From an uncultured bacterium (GTDB lineage: Bacteria > Krumholzibacteriota > Krumholzibacteriia > Krumholzibacteriales > Krumholzibacteriaceae), in the NCBI GenBank assembly GCA_963813815.1, contig CAWFAD010000009.1:6851-70850 (forward strand): DNA of 64,000 nucleotides, read 5' to 3'. The position numbers were made by a program, and so were the translations under genes. Below the pieces are notes generated by a model. It was not told where the DNA came from, made no database searches, and saw only the letters and a program-made list of their open reading frames with translations. Positions within the stretch are counted from its first letter, which is position 1, and each line of letters starts with the position of its first letter. Positions 36,829-48,540 of the stretch are shown here, piece by piece.

Positions 36829-38070
36829 CTAGATCATCCTCCTCAGACGAACGGCCATCTCGCTCTCCTCCTCGCCGCGTTTCACGGTGAGGCGCACGGT
36901 CTCTCCGTCCCGCTGGAGGTAATCCCGAAGGCCGTCCTTCGTGTAGGACGCCGGCGGGCGGCCGTCGATCGCCGTTACGAGGTCGCCCTCTTTGACGCCC
37001 GCCTCGGCGGCCGGCGAGCCCTCGTAGATCGCAAAGACCCTGTACGCGTCGAACCGCTCGCCCTCCATGACGAAGCGTATGCCGCACATGTCGAACTCGA
37101 AGGGAGCTGCGAAGGCGCCGTTTTTCTCGAGAACGATCTGCGATCTCTTGTAGTCGAGCACGAGGGTGAACCGGCTCAATATGTCGGCGCCGATGATTCC
37201 CGAAAAATCGGGAGACGCGAGCACCCCCGTCGTGTCGGTCGAGAAATCGACGACGGGATTCTCGATGCGCTGAGAGCCGATACGGATCTCCTTCACGCGG
37301 CCGATGACGCCGCGGCTGAGGCCGCCGAGGCCGAACCCCGTCACACCCGTCACGGTCGCCGGGCTTTGGCCCGCGAGCCCGTGCTCCTTCGAGAATGGAG
37401 TGTTGAAGAGGGTCATCCGGACGCCCGTGTCGAGCATCATGAAAGCGCTCACGGGCTCGTCCGCGCCGTACGGCACGAGCCCCACCTCGAGAAAGAGGTA
37501 ACCGCCCATCACCTGCACGGGGATTCGCTCGCCGGGTCCCTCGTACTCGTAGGACGTGGCGTCGTGGAACGCGAGCTTCGCGCGCTCGTAATCGATCACC
37601 GTCACGAGCGTCGAGAGCAGGTCTCCGCCGACGAGTCCGTCCTTGCGCTTTCCCCAATGGGGGTCCATCCGGTGGAGCGGAATGCCCGCGACGATGCGCG
37701 GATCGAAGGCGAGCCCCTCGAGCGCGACGGCGGCGGAATCGACCCGGAAGATGTCGACCGCGTCCTCTCCCGCGCCGCCCCCCTTCATGAGGAGCGACTG
37801 GCGCAGCCCGATGAGAGAGGCGACCGAGTAATCGAGCGCGGAGAGCGCCCCCGCCCCCGTGTCGAGCACGAACGTGAAGGGGCCGACCCCGTTGACCGAG
37901 GCCGGCAGGTACACGATCCGGTCGAAAAGCTCCATGCCGGCGACCTCGACGCTCTTCCCGCGCTCGAACCGCGGGACGGCCGCGGGCTGTTCGAGCTGGG
38001 CCCGCGCGGACGCGCCGCACAGGATGACGGAGAGACAGATGACGCACACAAACGCTGCCGCCGACTTCAT
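36829..38070 (-). CDS. Secreted retropepsin-like aspartic protease (two DTG-type lobes) with C-terminal PDZ domain
   Basis: [10 protein letters not shown] and [12 protein letters not shown]; [23 protein letters not shown]; signal peptide. Confidence 0.65.
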   Translation of the reverse strand: MKSAAAFVCVICLSVILCGASARAQLEQPAAVPRFERGKSVEVAGMELFDRIVYLPASVNGVGPFTFVLDTGAGALSALDYSVASLIGLRQSLLMKGGGAGEDAVDIFRVDSAAVALEGLAFDPRIVAGIPLHRMDPHWGKRKDGLVGGDLLSTLVTVIDYERAKLAFHDATSYEYEGPGERIPVQVMGGYLFLEVGLVPYGADEPVSAFMMLDTGVRMTLFNTPFSKEHGLAGQSPATVTGVTGFGLGGLSRGVIGRVKEIRIGSQRIENPVVDFSTDTTGVLASPDFSGIIGADILSRFTLVLDYKRSQIVLEKNGAFAAPFEFDMCGIRFVMEGERFDAYRVFAIYEGSPAAEAGVKEGDLVTAIDGRPPASYTKDGLRDYLQRDGETVRLTVKRGEEESEMAVRLRRMI

Positions 38071-38216
38071 GAGACGCCCTCCTTCGAACCCGAGTTCCCC
38101 GCGACCAGCCGAAACCAGAAACTTTTCGCCTGGACATGCATATGAATAATAGAGAATTTATGGTACCTTGTGAATCTGTTTCAAACGCGCCACGACGAAC
38201 GATTGGAACGTAATCT

Positions 38217-39410
38217 ATGAAAAGACCCGTCGTTATCATCCCGCTCGTCATCCTCGCCGCCGCGCTCGCCGTGCGCATCGGCTTCTTTCTGGCCAAGGGC
38301 TCCGGGGACGCGGGGAGAGGCGAGCTTCCTCCCGTGGCGGTCGAGGTGGACAGCGTCCGTTTCGGGCCCATCGAAGAGGTCCGCGAGTTCACCGGGTCCG
38401 TCTTTCCCTACAACCAATATATCGTCGCGCCGAAGGTGTCCGGGCGCCTCGTCGAGATCCGCAAGCGCATCGGCGATAGAGTTCGCGCGGGCGAGCTCAT
38501 CGCCCGCATCGACGACGCCGAGTTCCTGCAGGCTCTCCGGGAGGCCGAGGCGAACCTCAAGATCGCGGTGGCCTCGGTCGCCGAGGCCGAGAGCCAGCTC
38601 GAGCTCGCGAGGGATCAGAAGGAGCGGATGGAATCGCTCAGCGAGAAGGACCTCGCCTCCTCCGCCGAGCTCGACGCGGCGCTCACCGATTTCGCGGCGA
38701 AGCGGTCGCGCCACGAGCTCTCCCGCGCGCAGGTGGAGCAGCGCGAGGCGGCGCGCGAGGCGGCGCGCATCCGTCTCGGGTACACGAGGCTCTCCGCGAC
38801 GCGGGCCGGATACGTCGGCGAGAGGTTCGTCGACGAAGGGGCGCTCCTCGCTCCGAACGCCGCCATCGTTTCCGTCATCGAGATCGGCTCGGTGATCGTG
38901 CGGACCGCCGTCACCGAGCGGGATTACCGCCTCGTGAAACCGGGGCAGACCGCGGAGGTGCTCGTCGAAGCTCTTCCCGAGCGGACCTTTGCGGGGCGCG
39001 TCTCCCGCATAGCTCCGATGCTCCGGGAGACCTCCCGCATGGCCGAGCTCGAGGTGGAGGTCCCGAACGCCGGGCTCCTCCTCAAACCGGGCATGTTCGC
39101 GCGGATTCGAGTCATGATCGCCTCGCGCGACAGGGCGCAGGTCGTCCCGAGCCGGTCCGTCGTGAGCACCGCCGCGGGAACCGGGCTCTTCGTCGTTCGC
39201 GACGGCGAGAGCGTGGCCCGCTTCGTTCCGGCCGAGATCGGAATCGCGACGCCGGATCTCGTCGAGGTCGTCTCCCCCGTGCTCGACGGGCGCGTGGTCA
39301 CCCTCGGGCAGCACCTCCTCGCCGACGGCAGCCCCGTGCTGCTCCCCGGAGGCTCGCCGGCCGGCGCGGGAGCCCCCGATGCGCCGGAGGGCGAGAAGGC
39401 GGGCCGATGA
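38217..39410 (+). CDS. RND efflux membrane fusion protein (HlyD/AcrA family), second system
   Basis: TM anchor; lipoyl motif; coiled coil; overlaps the downstream RND start by 4 nt. Confidence 0.85.
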   Translation: MKRPVVIIPLVILAAALAVRIGFFLAKGSGDAGRGELPPVAVEVDSVRFGPIEEVREFTGSVFPYNQYIVAPKVSGRLVEIRKRIGDRVRAGELIARIDDAEFLQALREAEANLKIAVASVAEAESQLELARDQKERMESLSEKDLASSAELDAALTDFAAKRSRHELSRAQVEQREAAREAARIRLGYTRLSATRAGYVGERFVDEGALLAPNAAIVSVIEIGSVIVRTAVTERDYRLVKPGQTAEVLVEALPERTFAGRVSRIAPMLRETSRMAELEVEVPNAGLLLKPGMFARIRVMIASRDRAQVVPSRSVVSTAAGTGLFVVRDGESVARFVPAEIGIATPDLVEVVSPVLDGRVVTLGQHLLADGSPVLLPGGSPAGAGAPDAPEGEKAGR

Positions 39411-42400
39411 ACCTCGCGCGGGGACCGATCGAGCGTCCCATCCTCACGGCGATCATCTACCTCGTCGTCATCACGCTCGGCATCGTTTCGTGGAGCCGCC
39501 TCTCGATCGACCTCATGCCCGAGGTCACCTACCCCACGATCTCCGTCATCACGAGCTACGGCAACGTCGGCCCCGAGGAGATGGAGGAGTCGGTCACCCG
39601 GCCGATCGAGGAAGCGCTCGCGGCGGTGCAAGGAGTGGAGGAGATCACGTCGGTCTCCACCGAGGGAACGAGCCAGGTGCGGGTCTCCTTCTCGTGGGGA
39701 ACCGACCTCGACGTCGCGGCGAACGACATCCGCGACCGCATCGACCGCGTGCTCGGGCAGCTCCCCGAGGACATCACGCGCCCGATGATCCGCAAGTTCG
39801 ACCTCTCAGCGTTTCCGATCATGATGATCGGGCTCTCGGGCGATTTGAACCCCCTCGACCTGCGGCGCATCGCCGAGGATCAGGTGAAATACCGCCTCGA
39901 GCGCGTGCCCGGGGTGGCCTCCGTCGACATACGGGGCGGCCTCTACCGCGAGATCCACGTCAACCTGCGCGCCGCCAAGCTCAAGGCGATCGGCATTTCG
40001 ACGGAAGCGGTCCTCGCCGCGCTCCGGAACGAAAACCGCAACGTCCCGGCCGGGCTCTACGAGCAGGGGAACCTCGAGGTCCTCGTGCGGACGCAGGGCG
40101 AGTACCGCGATCTCGACGAGATCCGCAACACGGTCGTCGCCATGCGCGGGGGCTCGCCGGTCCGCGTCGGGGACATCGCGAGCGTCGAGGACTCATGGGA
40201 GGAGGTCCGCCAGATCGTCCGCATCGACGGACGCCCGGGGCTTCGCGTGTCGGTGAGCAAGCAGTCCGGAGCCAACACGGTCGCCGTCGCCGAGGGCGTG
40301 CGCGCCGAGATCGCCCGCATCAACCGCGACATCCCGCAGCTCGAACTCACCCCCCTCATGGACAGCTCGACGTACATCGAGCGATCGATCGGCAACACGG
40401 GCCTGACGCTCCTTCTCGGCGGAGCGCTCGCGATTCTCATACTCTTTCTCTTTCTCCGCAACGTGTCGAGCACGCTCATCATATCGACCGCCATTCCCAT
40501 CTCGATCATCGCCACCTTCGCTCTCATGTACTTCGGCGGCTTCACGCTCAACATCATCACCTTCGGCGGCCTCGCGCTCGGCATCGGCATGCTCGTCGAC
40601 AACGCGATCGTCGTGCTCGAGAACATCTACCGGCACCGCGAGGCGGGCGCCTCGCCCGTTCAGAGCGCGATGGACGGCACGGCCGAGGTCTGGTCGGCCA
40701 TCCTCGCGAGCACGCTGACGACGCTCGTCGTCTTTTTTCCCGTCGTCTTCATCCGCGGCATGTCGGGGATCATGTTTCAACAGATGGCGCTCGTCGTGAG
40801 CTTTTCGCTCCTCTGCTCGCTCATCGTGGCGCTCACGCTCGTCCCGATGCTCGCCTCCCGCTTTCTCCGGTTCCAGAGCGCCGAGCACTACCGGAACGAG
40901 AGCCGCCTCCACCGCGTCTACGCGCGGAGCGAGGAGACGTTCCGCCGCGTCGAGGAGCTCTACTCGCGGCTCCTCACCTGGGCGCTCGGACGCAAGCGCC
41001 TCGTGGTGTTCGCCATGTTCGGCCTCTTCGCGCTCTCCCTCGTGCTCATCCGGTTCGTCGGCGTCGAGCTCATGCCCGCGGCGGACGAGGGCGAGGTGCG
41101 CGTCAGCCTCGAGATGGCGGTCGGCACCAAGCTCGCGCTCATGGACGAGACGACGCGCGCGGTCGAGGATATCATCCGGGAGAAGGTGCCCGAGATGACC
41201 TCCATCGTTTCCTTCGCCGGAAGCGGCGGGTGGGGCGCCTCGGGGGGCCACACGGCCGAGATCCGCATGAGCCTCGCGCCGCGCGGCGAGCGGAGGCGCA
41301 GCAGCGAGCAGGTGGCGAACGATCTGCGGCGCGCGCTCGCCGGTCTACCCGGGGTCACGGTCCGCACGAGGGCGGGGCAGGGGCTCTTCATCCTCCGCAT
41401 GGGCGCCCAGTCGCAAACCGCGCTCACGCTCGAGGTCCGCGGCTACGACCTCGAGACGGCGCACGCGCTCGCGCGGCGGGTGAACGAGGTCGTCGGCGGC
41501 GTCCGGGGCATCACCGATACGCGGATCAGCCGCGAGGAGGGAAACCCCGAGCGCACCGTGCGGATCAATCGCGCCAAGGCCGCCGATCTCGGGCTCGGCG
41601 TCTCGCGCGTCGGCGACGCCCTCGAGACGGCCGTCGGCGGCACCCGCGCCTCCATCTTCCGCGAGGGCGGCAAGCAGTACAACATCCTGCTGCGGCTCGC
41701 CGAGGAAGACCGCAAGAGCCTCGGCGACATTCTCGATCTCACCGTCGTCAACAGCCGCGGCGAGCCCGTCGTGCTCCGCAACGTCGTCGAGGCCGAGCAG
41801 GACGAGGGTCCCGTCCGGATCGAGCGAAAGGACCAGGAGCGCATCATCACGATCGAGGCGAACTACACCGGCCGCGACATGGGCTCGATCATCCGCGACG
41901 TTCGGCGCGAGCTGCGCGCGGTGCCGGTGCCGAAGGATTTCGCGGTTCTTTTCGGCGGCGACTACGAAGAGCAGCAGAAGGCCTTCCGCGAGCTCCTCAC
42001 CGGCCTCGTGCTCGCCATTTTCCTCGTCTACATGGTCATGGCGGGACAATTCGAGTCGTGGCGCGACCCGCTCGTCGTGCTCTTCTCGATACCGATGGCG
42101 GTCATCGGCGTCACGATCGTCATGATACTCACCGGCACCATCTTCAGCATGCAGGCCTTCATCGGGTGCATCATGCTCGCCGGCATCGTCGTCAACAACG
42201 CGATCCTGCTCGTCGACTACACGAACCGGCTCCGCCGCATCGACGGGATGGAGCTCGACGAGGCGATACGCACGGCCGGATCGCGGCGCCTCCGCCCCAT
42301 CCTCATGACCACCCTCACGACGGTTCTCGGCCTTCTCCCCCTCTCCTTCGGCCTCGGCGAGGGAGGCGAGGCGCAGGCGCCTCTCGCCCGCGTCGTGATC

Positions 42401-42502
42401 GGAGGGCTTCTCAGCTCCTCGCTCATCACCCTCGTGCTCGTGCCCGTCGTGTACGCGGTTTTCGAGAAGAGACTCAAGCGGAAATCGAACGTCGGATCGT
42501 AA
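39407..42502 (+). CDS. RND (AcrB/HAE1-family) efflux transporter, second system (no adjacent OMF)
   Basis: 1031 aa, typical AcrB TM/porter topology. Confidence 0.9.
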   Translation: MNLARGPIERPILTAIIYLVVITLGIVSWSRLSIDLMPEVTYPTISVITSYGNVGPEEMEESVTRPIEEALAAVQGVEEITSVSTEGTSQVRVSFSWGTDLDVAANDIRDRIDRVLGQLPEDITRPMIRKFDLSAFPIMMIGLSGDLNPLDLRRIAEDQVKYRLERVPGVASVDIRGGLYREIHVNLRAAKLKAIGISTEAVLAALRNENRNVPAGLYEQGNLEVLVRTQGEYRDLDEIRNTVVAMRGGSPVRVGDIASVEDSWEEVRQIVRIDGRPGLRVSVSKQSGANTVAVAEGVRAEIARINRDIPQLELTPLMDSSTYIERSIGNTGLTLLLGGALAILILFLFLRNVSSTLIISTAIPISIIATFALMYFGGFTLNIITFGGLALGIGMLVDNAIVVLENIYRHREAGASPVQSAMDGTAEVWSAILASTLTTLVVFFPVVFIRGMSGIMFQQMALVVSFSLLCSLIVALTLVPMLASRFLRFQSAEHYRNESRLHRVYARSEETFRRVEELYSRLLTWALGRKRLVVFAMFGLFALSLVLIRFVGVELMPAADEGEVRVSLEMAVGTKLALMDETTRAVEDIIREKVPEMTSIVSFAGSGGWGASGGHTAEIRMSLAPRGERRRSSEQVANDLRRALAGLPGVTVRTRAGQGLFILRMGAQSQTALTLEVRGYDLETAHALARRVNEVVGGVRGITDTRISREEGNPERTVRINRAKAADLGLGVSRVGDALETAVGGTRASIFREGGKQYNILLRLAEEDRKSLGDILDLTVVNSRGEPVVLRNVVEAEQDEGPVRIERKDQERIITIEANYTGRDMGSIIRDVRRELRAVPVPKDFAVLFGGDYEEQQKAFRELLTGLVLAIFLVYMVMAGQFESWRDPLVVLFSIPMAVIGVTIVMILTGTIFSMQAFIGCIMLAGIVVNNAILLVDYTNRLRRIDGMELDEAIRTAGSRRLRPILMTTLTTVLGLLPLSFGLGEGGEAQAPLARVVIGGLLSSSLITLVLVPVVYAVFEKRLKRKSNVGS

Positions 42503-42519
42503 GTCGGCGCCGCCGGGCC

Positions 42520-43758
42520 CTACGGTTGCCGGTATACCCGCCAGAGGAGCGCCGCGTTTTCGTCGCCGTCCGTAAAGAGACGAATGGCGTTCTCTCCGAC
42601 CTTCACGAGCCCGTCGCGCAGCCGCACCGTCCGCGGGGCGAAGCCGGCCGAGTCATACGGAGCGCGCCGGTACTCGAACGCGAGCTCCCCGTTGATCCAC
42701 GCCGCGGCCGTGTCGACGACGGCCGGAAGGGGCCACTCGAAGGGCGGCGGCGCGACGTCGAGATAGTACGAATACACGACCGTCAGAAGCGACGGCGGAC
42801 TGACGAAGGTCGCGTTGAGCTCGAAGCTCGTGACGGTTGCCGGCCCCACGAGAACCGGCCCGAAGAGAACCTCGGGAACGGGCGCCAGAATCGGGAAGAG
42901 CCCGAAATGCGCGCTCACGTAGTTCTGAACGACGCCGTCGCGCTCGACGAGGGTGACGAGCAGCGGATTGGCGGTCGTCACCTCCCAGACGTCCTCGCGG
43001 GCGGCGACCATGACCTTGTACACTCCCGCCGCGAGCCCCCCGAAACGGTACCGGCCGAGCGAGTCCGTCCGCGAGAGAAGCATGACCGTACCGGTCGAGA
43101 GGGGCTGCTCGATGGCGACCGTGATGCCCGGGATGCCCGGCTCCTGCACGCCGTCGCAGCGATCGAACTCGCCGTCTCGATCGGCGTCGAGATACACGAT
43201 CCCGTAGATCGTACCCTCCCCCTCGGCGGGCCCGACGTCGATCCGGTATCCGATGGCGAACGACCGCGCCGTGACCGTGTGGAACTTCATCGCGACCGGA
43301 GCCGTGCGCTCCTCGGGCGAGAAGAGATCGTCATCGCCGAGCGCGTCGCTGAAATCGTAGAACGGAAATCCGTCGGGCGAGCTTCCGTCGGGCCGGACGA
43401 CCGCGATGTCCGCCGGCGCGACGCTCGTGATGACGAAACGAATCGGCGCCGGAATGACGACGAGGCTCCTGTTCACGAGCTCGACGTCGAACGAAACGAT
43501 CCCCGTCTCCTCGTCGAACGCGAGGTCCTTCGCCCAGATTTCGATGCGCCCGGGCGTCAGCTCGGCGTTCGACACCGAACCGAGGAGAAAATCGCCCGGC
43601 GTCTCGGGATCGATCGCGCCGGTTCCGGAGAGGTCGCCCACGATCTCGTCGTAGAGGATCGACGACTCCTGATCGCATGAGAGCGTAAAGACCAGCGTCG
43701 CCGAAAGCAGCAGGAGAACGATGAGCGAGGCGATGGAGAAACGATTGTGACGCGCCAT
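42520..43758 (-). CDS. Lipoprotein with SdrD-B-like / Cna-B-type (carboxypeptidase-regulatory-like) Ca-binding domain
   Basis: GGAGGT RBS; lipobox LVFTLSC; GIVYLDADRDGEFDRCDGVQEPGIPGITVAI...GRYRFGGLAAGVYKVMV. Confidence 0.55.
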   Translation of the reverse strand: MARHNRFSIASLIVLLLLSATLVFTLSCDQESSILYDEIVGDLSGTGAIDPETPGDFLLGSVSNAELTPGRIEIWAKDLAFDEETGIVSFDVELVNRSLVVIPAPIRFVITSVAPADIAVVRPDGSSPDGFPFYDFSDALGDDDLFSPEERTAPVAMKFHTVTARSFAIGYRIDVGPAEGEGTIYGIVYLDADRDGEFDRCDGVQEPGIPGITVAIEQPLSTGTVMLLSRTDSLGRYRFGGLAAGVYKVMVAAREDVWEVTTANPLLVTLVERDGVVQNYVSAHFGLFPILAPVPEVLFGPVLVGPATVTSFELNATFVSPPSLLTVVYSYYLDVAPPPFEWPLPAVVDTAAAWINGELAFEYRRAPYDSAGFAPRTVRLRDGLVKVGENAIRLFTDGDENAALLWRVYRQP

Positions 43759-43902
43759 GGCTGGCACCTCCGGAACGGCGGGTTTTCTCGAGGAGTCTCT
43801 CCATAAACATAGCACGAGCGCCGGCGGATTCAAAGAGGCTCTGCCGCCCGCCGCGTCCGCGTTCTTGACCGGGGCGGCCGATTCGGGTATACCAAAGGCG
43901 CC

Positions 43903-45072
43903 ATGAGCGGCAAACGCGCGATCTTCCAGAACCTTCTCCTCTTCTTCGGCGGGCTCGCCGCGGCCGTGCTCCTCTGCGAGGCGGCGCTCCGGATCGCGGA
44001 TTTCTCCTCCCCGCATTTCTACACGTTCGACGACACCGTTGGCCATCGCCTGCTCCCCGGCGCCCGCGGGTGGTACCGCGGGGAGGGACACGCGCTCGTC
44101 GAGATAAACGGCGACGGTCTCCGCGACCGGGAGCACGCGATCGCGAAGCCTCCGAACACGCTCCGGATCGCCGTGCTCGGCGATTCCTTCGCCGAGGCGC
44201 TGCAGGTCTCGCGCGAGGAGGCCTTCTGGGCGGTCATGGAGCGGCGGCTCGATTCCTGCATGGCGACCCGCGGCGCGCGCGTCGAGGCGTTGAACTTCGG
44301 CGTGTCGGGCTACGGGACGACCGAGGAGCTTCTCACGCTCCGCGACCGGGTCTGGAAATACGACCCCGACATCGTGCTTCTCGCCTTTCTCACGGCGAAC
44401 GACGTGCAGGATAACTCGAAGCGCCTCCAGCCTCCGGGCTACCCCCGCCCCTACTTCGTCGCGAGCGGCGACTCGCTCGCGCTCGACCTGTCGTTTCGAG
44501 ACGACCCGGCCTACCGGCGAAAATCGGGAGCGCTCTGGCCCGTTCGTCTCGCCCTCATGCGCTGGTCGCGGACGTATCAGCTTCTCGTCCGCGTCCTGAA
44601 GCGCGCCAAGGCCCCGAACCGCGCGCCTTCCGGAGTCGCCGGCGACGAGCCCGGGCTCGAGATCGCCGTCTACGCGGAGCCCTCGACCGGCGAATGGCGC
44701 GAGGCGTGGGCGATAACGGAGGGCGTTCTGAAATCGATGCGGGACGAGGCCGCCTCGCACGGCGCTCGGCTCGTCGTCGCCACGCTCTCGAACGGCATCC
44801 AGGTTCATCCCGACGCCGAGGCCCGGCGACGGTTCATGGAGCGTTACGGGCTCGAGGAGCTCTTCTACCCCGACGAGCGGATCGCGCGGTTCTGCGAGGC
44901 GCAAGGGATCGAGGTCGTCACGCTCGCGCCGCCCCTCCGGCGGTACGCCGAGGAGCGCGGAGCGTTTCTGCACGGTTTCGAGGGCCATCCGCCGGGCACG
45001 GGCCACTGGAACGTCGAGGGGCACCGGGCCGCGGGAACGTTCATCGCCGATTATCTCTGTCGGGCCGAATAA
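43903..45072 (+). CDS. SGNH/GDSL-family hydrolase with N-terminal TM anchor
   Basis: Block I RIAVLGDSFAE; block III/V consistent (..GHPPGTGHW). Confidence 0.6.
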   Translation: MSGKRAIFQNLLLFFGGLAAAVLLCEAALRIADFSSPHFYTFDDTVGHRLLPGARGWYRGEGHALVEINGDGLRDREHAIAKPPNTLRIAVLGDSFAEALQVSREEAFWAVMERRLDSCMATRGARVEALNFGVSGYGTTEELLTLRDRVWKYDPDIVLLAFLTANDVQDNSKRLQPPGYPRPYFVASGDSLALDLSFRDDPAYRRKSGALWPVRLALMRWSRTYQLLVRVLKRAKAPNRAPSGVAGDEPGLEIAVYAEPSTGEWREAWAITEGVLKSMRDEAASHGARLVVATLSNGIQVHPDAEARRRFMERYGLEELFYPDERIARFCEAQGIEVVTLAPPLRRYAEERGAFLHGFEGHPPGTGHWNVEGHRAAGTFIADYLCRAE

Positions 45073-45135
45073 GCGGGCGTTCGCCCCTGTAATCCGCTAG
45101 TATAGAGACGTCATTCGCCAACAAAGGAGGCTGCT

Positions 45136-46035
45136 ATGCTGTATTTTGTCATCGGAGCCGTCGTCCTCTTCCTGTTTCTCGTCGGCGTCAGGGTCGTGCG
45201 GCCGACCCACCGCGGGCTCATCGAGCGGATGGGAAAATACCAGCGGTTCGCCCAGCCGGGCTTTCACTGGGTCATTCCGATCGTCGAGCGGATGATCAGG
45301 GTCAACGTCACCGAGCAGATGATCGACGCCGAGCCGCAGGAGATCATCACGAACGACAACCTCAACGCTCGGGTCGACGCGCAGGTCTACTTCAAGGTGA
45401 AGGCCGACGAGGAGAGCGTGAAGTCCTCGCAGTACAACGTCAACAGCTACGAGTACCAGATCGTGAACCTCGCCCGCACGACGCTGCGCAACATCATCGG
45501 CACGCTCACGCTGAAGTCCGCGAACAGCGAGCGCAACAGGATCAACGGCGACCTCCTCTCGACGCTGGCCCACGAAACGCAAAGCTGGGGCATGGAGATC
45601 GTGCGCACCGAGCTCAAGGAGATCGACCCGCCGAAGGACGTGCAGGAGACGATGAACAAGGTCGTGAAGGCCGAGAACGAGAAGGTCGCCTCGCTCGATT
45701 TCGCGAACGCGCGGGAGCGCGAGGCCGACGGTATGAAGCGCGCCGAGATCAAGAAGGCCGAGGGAATCAAGCAGGGGCAGATCCTTCAGGCCGAGGGCCA
45801 GGCGGAGGCGATCCGGCTCGTCAACGAGGCCGCGAACAAGTATTTCATCGGGAACGCCCAGCTTCTGAGAAAGCTCGAGACGGTCGAGCGTTCGCTCAAA
45901 GACAACGCCAAGATCGTCATCCCGGCCGAATCGGAGCTCGTGAACGTCATCGGCGATCTCTCGGGCGTGCTGCCGCTTCGCCGCGGCGAGCGCGAGGAGC
46001 GCGCCGAGCAGCGCGAGCCCGGCCGGCAGGCGTAA
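45136..46035 (+). CDS. SPFH/band-7 (stomatin/prohibitin-like) membrane protein
   Basis: N-terminal TM; SPFH core RGLIERMGKYQRFAQPGFHWVIPIVE...; AAAGGAGG RBS. Confidence 0.85.
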   Translation: MLYFVIGAVVLFLFLVGVRVVRPTHRGLIERMGKYQRFAQPGFHWVIPIVERMIRVNVTEQMIDAEPQEIITNDNLNARVDAQVYFKVKADEESVKSSQYNVNSYEYQIVNLARTTLRNIIGTLTLKSANSERNRINGDLLSTLAHETQSWGMEIVRTELKEIDPPKDVQETMNKVVKAENEKVASLDFANAREREADGMKRAEIKKAEGIKQGQILQAEGQAEAIRLVNEAANKYFIGNAQLLRKLETVERSLKDNAKIVIPAESELVNVIGDLSGVLPLRRGEREERAEQREPGRQA

Positions 46036-46102
46036 CGCGCCGAAGAAATCTCCCGCCGTATCGAGCAAGGGCCGCCGTGCGCGACAGCCGCGCACGGCGG
46101 CC

Positions 46103-46507
46103 TCACCGTCGCTTCCACTGATATCGTTTCAAATCGATCCCGCCGTCGGCGTCGAACCTCACGCCTTCGATCTCGAGTCTCACGCGCTGCTCGTCCTCTC
46201 CGTCGGGATCAATCGAACCGAGGCTGATGCGCCCCCTCGCGTTTACGACGCGGTGCCACGGCACGTCCGATCCTGCCGGCAGGGCGTGCAGCGCATACCC
46301 CACGCGCCGGGCGTGCCCGGGGATGCCCGCGAGCTCGGCGATCTGCCCGTACGTCGCCACGCGCCCGCGCGGTATGCGGCGGACGAGCGAGTAAACGTCT
46401 TCATAGCTGCTGCTCATAATTTGTTCGCGCGCCTGGCGCCAGTATGGGGAAGCGGCGGCTCGGCCATCAAGGGCAATCTGGCATCCGTCGAAAGTCGGCT
46501 TGCGCAA
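46103..46507 (-). CDS. Alkyltransferase-like (ATL) protein: MGMT/Ogt DNA-binding domain with Trp replacing the active-site Cys (PWHRV)
   Basis: YGQIAELAG...PWHRVVNARG; the same PCHRV-to-PWHRV substitution as E. coli YbaZ / S. pombe Atl1. Confidence 0.7.
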   Translation of the reverse strand: MRKPTFDGCQIALDGRAAASPYWRQAREQIMSSSYEDVYSLVRRIPRGRVATYGQIAELAGIPGHARRVGYALHALPAGSDVPWHRVVNARGRISLGSIDPDGEDEQRVRLEIEGVRFDADGGIDLKRYQWKRR

Positions 46508-46614
46508 CCCGCCGCAACTTATTATTATTCGCCGAGTCTACGAGAACTCGGGCCGCGGGTTTCCGGGCCCGGTTCTGTTTTTTTATGGTCTTCCGAGCGG
46601 CGGTTCGTGCCAGT

Positions 46615-48528
46615 ATGACGTCGGTCAAACACATACGCAACCTCGCGATCATCGCGCATATCGATCACGGCAAGACGACGCTCATCGACTCCATCTTTCG
46701 CGCGACCCGCACGTTCCGCGACAACGAGCAGGTCGCCGAGCGCCTCATGGACAACAACGACCTCGAGCGCGAGCGCGGCATCACGATCCGGGCCAAGCAC
46801 TGCACGGTCAACTGGAACGGATACCTCATCAACATCATCGACACGCCGGGGCACGCCGATTTCTCGGGCGAGGTCGAGCGGGTGCTCTCGATGGTCGACG
46901 CGGTTCTCTTGCTCGTCGACGCCAACGAGGGGCCGATGCCGCAGACCCGGTACGTGCTCATGCGCTCGCTGCGGCTCGGACTCCGACCCATCGTCATCGT
47001 CAACAAGGTCGATCGCCCGCACGCGCGCCCCGATCACACGCTGAACAAAACGTTCGACCTCTTCCTCGACCTCGGCGCGAGCGACGAGCAGGCGCACTTC
47101 CCCGTTCTCTACGGCTCGGGGCTCGACGGCTGGCTCGTGCGGGACCTCGAGAAGGACGCGCACGAAGGCATGGACGCTCTCTTCGAAACGATCGTCGAGC
47201 ACGTGAAGCCCCCGAAGGTCGACCGGCATGGCCCCTTTCTCATGCAGGTGAGCACGCTCGCCTGGAGCGACTACATAGGCCAGATCGGCTGCGGCCGCGT
47301 GCTGCGCGGCACGCTCGCGAAGGGCGGCGAGTTCACGCGGTTCGTGACGCGTTGGAAGAACGCCGCCGATCAGGACGCCGGCTGGGACGTGACGGGCGCG
47401 GCCAAGGAAAAGAGCGTGCAGCTCTGGGTGACCCGCGGCCTGCAGCGCGTCGAAGTGGACTCCATCAGCGCGGGCGATATCGTCTGGCTCGCCGGGCCGC
47501 GCGAGATCGGCATCGGAGACACCTTCTCGACCATCGAAGACCCCGCGGCGGCTCTCAAGCCCCTCGAGATCGAGGAGCCGACGGTGTCGATGTTCTTTCT
47601 CGTCAACACGGGGCCCTTCTCGGGAAACGACGGCACGGCCATCACGCTGCGACAGCTCAAGGAGCGCCTCCAGCGGGAGCTGCGCACCAACGTGGCGCTC
47701 CGCATGGAGGATCTCGGACGATCCGACGGCGTAAAGGTGCTCGGCCGGGGCGAGCTGCACCTCGCCATTCTCATCGAGGAGATGCGGCGCGAGGGGCTCG
47801 AGATCTGCGTCTCCCGCCCCGAGGTCATCACGCACCGCGACGCGGACGGCAACCTTCTCGAGCCGATCGAGCAGCTCATCATCGACGTCCCCGGCGAGCA
47901 TCAGGGGATCATCATCGAGAAGCTCGCGCGCCGCAAGGCGGAGCTTCGAACCGTCGAGAACTCGGGCGCCGCGGTCGTGCGGATCGAGTTCGAGATACCG
48001 ACCCGCGGGCTCATCGGATACCGGTCCGAGTTTCTGACGGACACCCGCGGCCTCGGAATCATGTCCTCCCGCTTCCTCGCGTACGGGCCCTGGCGGGGCG
48101 AGATCGCCTCGCGCAACCGCGGCTCGCTCGTGAGCATCGCCACGGGATCGGCGACGGGGTACTCGATCGAAGCGCTCCAGGAGCGCTCGGTGATCTTCGT
48201 GCAGCCGGCCGAAAAGGTCTACACCGGGCAGGTCGTGGGCGAGAACTCGCGGGGCGACGATATGGAGTGCAATCCGACGAAGCAAAAGCACCTCACGAAC
48301 CACCGCTCCTCCACGAAGGACATCGCGGTCGCGATCAACGTGCCGCGCTCGATGTCGCTCGAGCAGGCGCTCGGTTGGATCGCCGCCGATGAGCTCGTGG
48401 AAGTCACGCCGAAGGCGATTCGGATGCGCAAGGCGATACTCGACGCCCTGCAGAGAAAACGCTCGCAGAAGACGCAGAACGCCTCCGCGAGGGAGATCGG
48501 CGCGCCGCCGGTTCAGCCGGCCGCCTGA
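46615..48528 (+). CDS. typA: Translational GTPase TypA/BipA
   Basis: G1 [10 protein letters not shown]3 DTPGHADF, G4 NKVD; EF-G-like domains; 637 aa. Confidence 0.9.
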   Translation: MTSVKHIRNLAIIAHIDHGKTTLIDSIFRATRTFRDNEQVAERLMDNNDLERERGITIRAKHCTVNWNGYLINIIDTPGHADFSGEVERVLSMVDAVLLLVDANEGPMPQTRYVLMRSLRLGLRPIVIVNKVDRPHARPDHTLNKTFDLFLDLGASDEQAHFPVLYGSGLDGWLVRDLEKDAHEGMDALFETIVEHVKPPKVDRHGPFLMQVSTLAWSDYIGQIGCGRVLRGTLAKGGEFTRFVTRWKNAADQDAGWDVTGAAKEKSVQLWVTRGLQRVEVDSISAGDIVWLAGPREIGIGDTFSTIEDPAAALKPLEIEEPTVSMFFLVNTGPFSGNDGTAITLRQLKERLQRELRTNVALRMEDLGRSDGVKVLGRGELHLAILIEEMRREGLEICVSRPEVITHRDADGNLLEPIEQLIIDVPGEHQGIIIEKLARRKAELRTVENSGAAVVRIEFEIPTRGLIGYRSEFLTDTRGLGIMSSRFLAYGPWRGEIASRNRGSLVSIATGSATGYSIEALQERSVIFVQPAEKVYTGQVVGENSRGDDMECNPTKQKHLTNHRSSTKDIAVAINVPRSMSLEQALGWIAADELVEVTPKAIRMRKAILDALQRKRSQKTQNASAREIGAPPVQPAA

Positions 48529-48540
48529 TCCAACGACCCT

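Noticed and set aside
35744-38392. 882-aa - strand composite ORF
   Set aside because: Merges msrAB (real, 35744-36796) with out-of-frame read-through across the protease gene. Only the MsrAB segment is meaningful.
39379-43680. 1433-aa + strand ORF
   Set aside because: Off-frame overlay of the second RND gene and antisense to the SdrD-B-like lipoprotein gene; Arg/His-rich junk.
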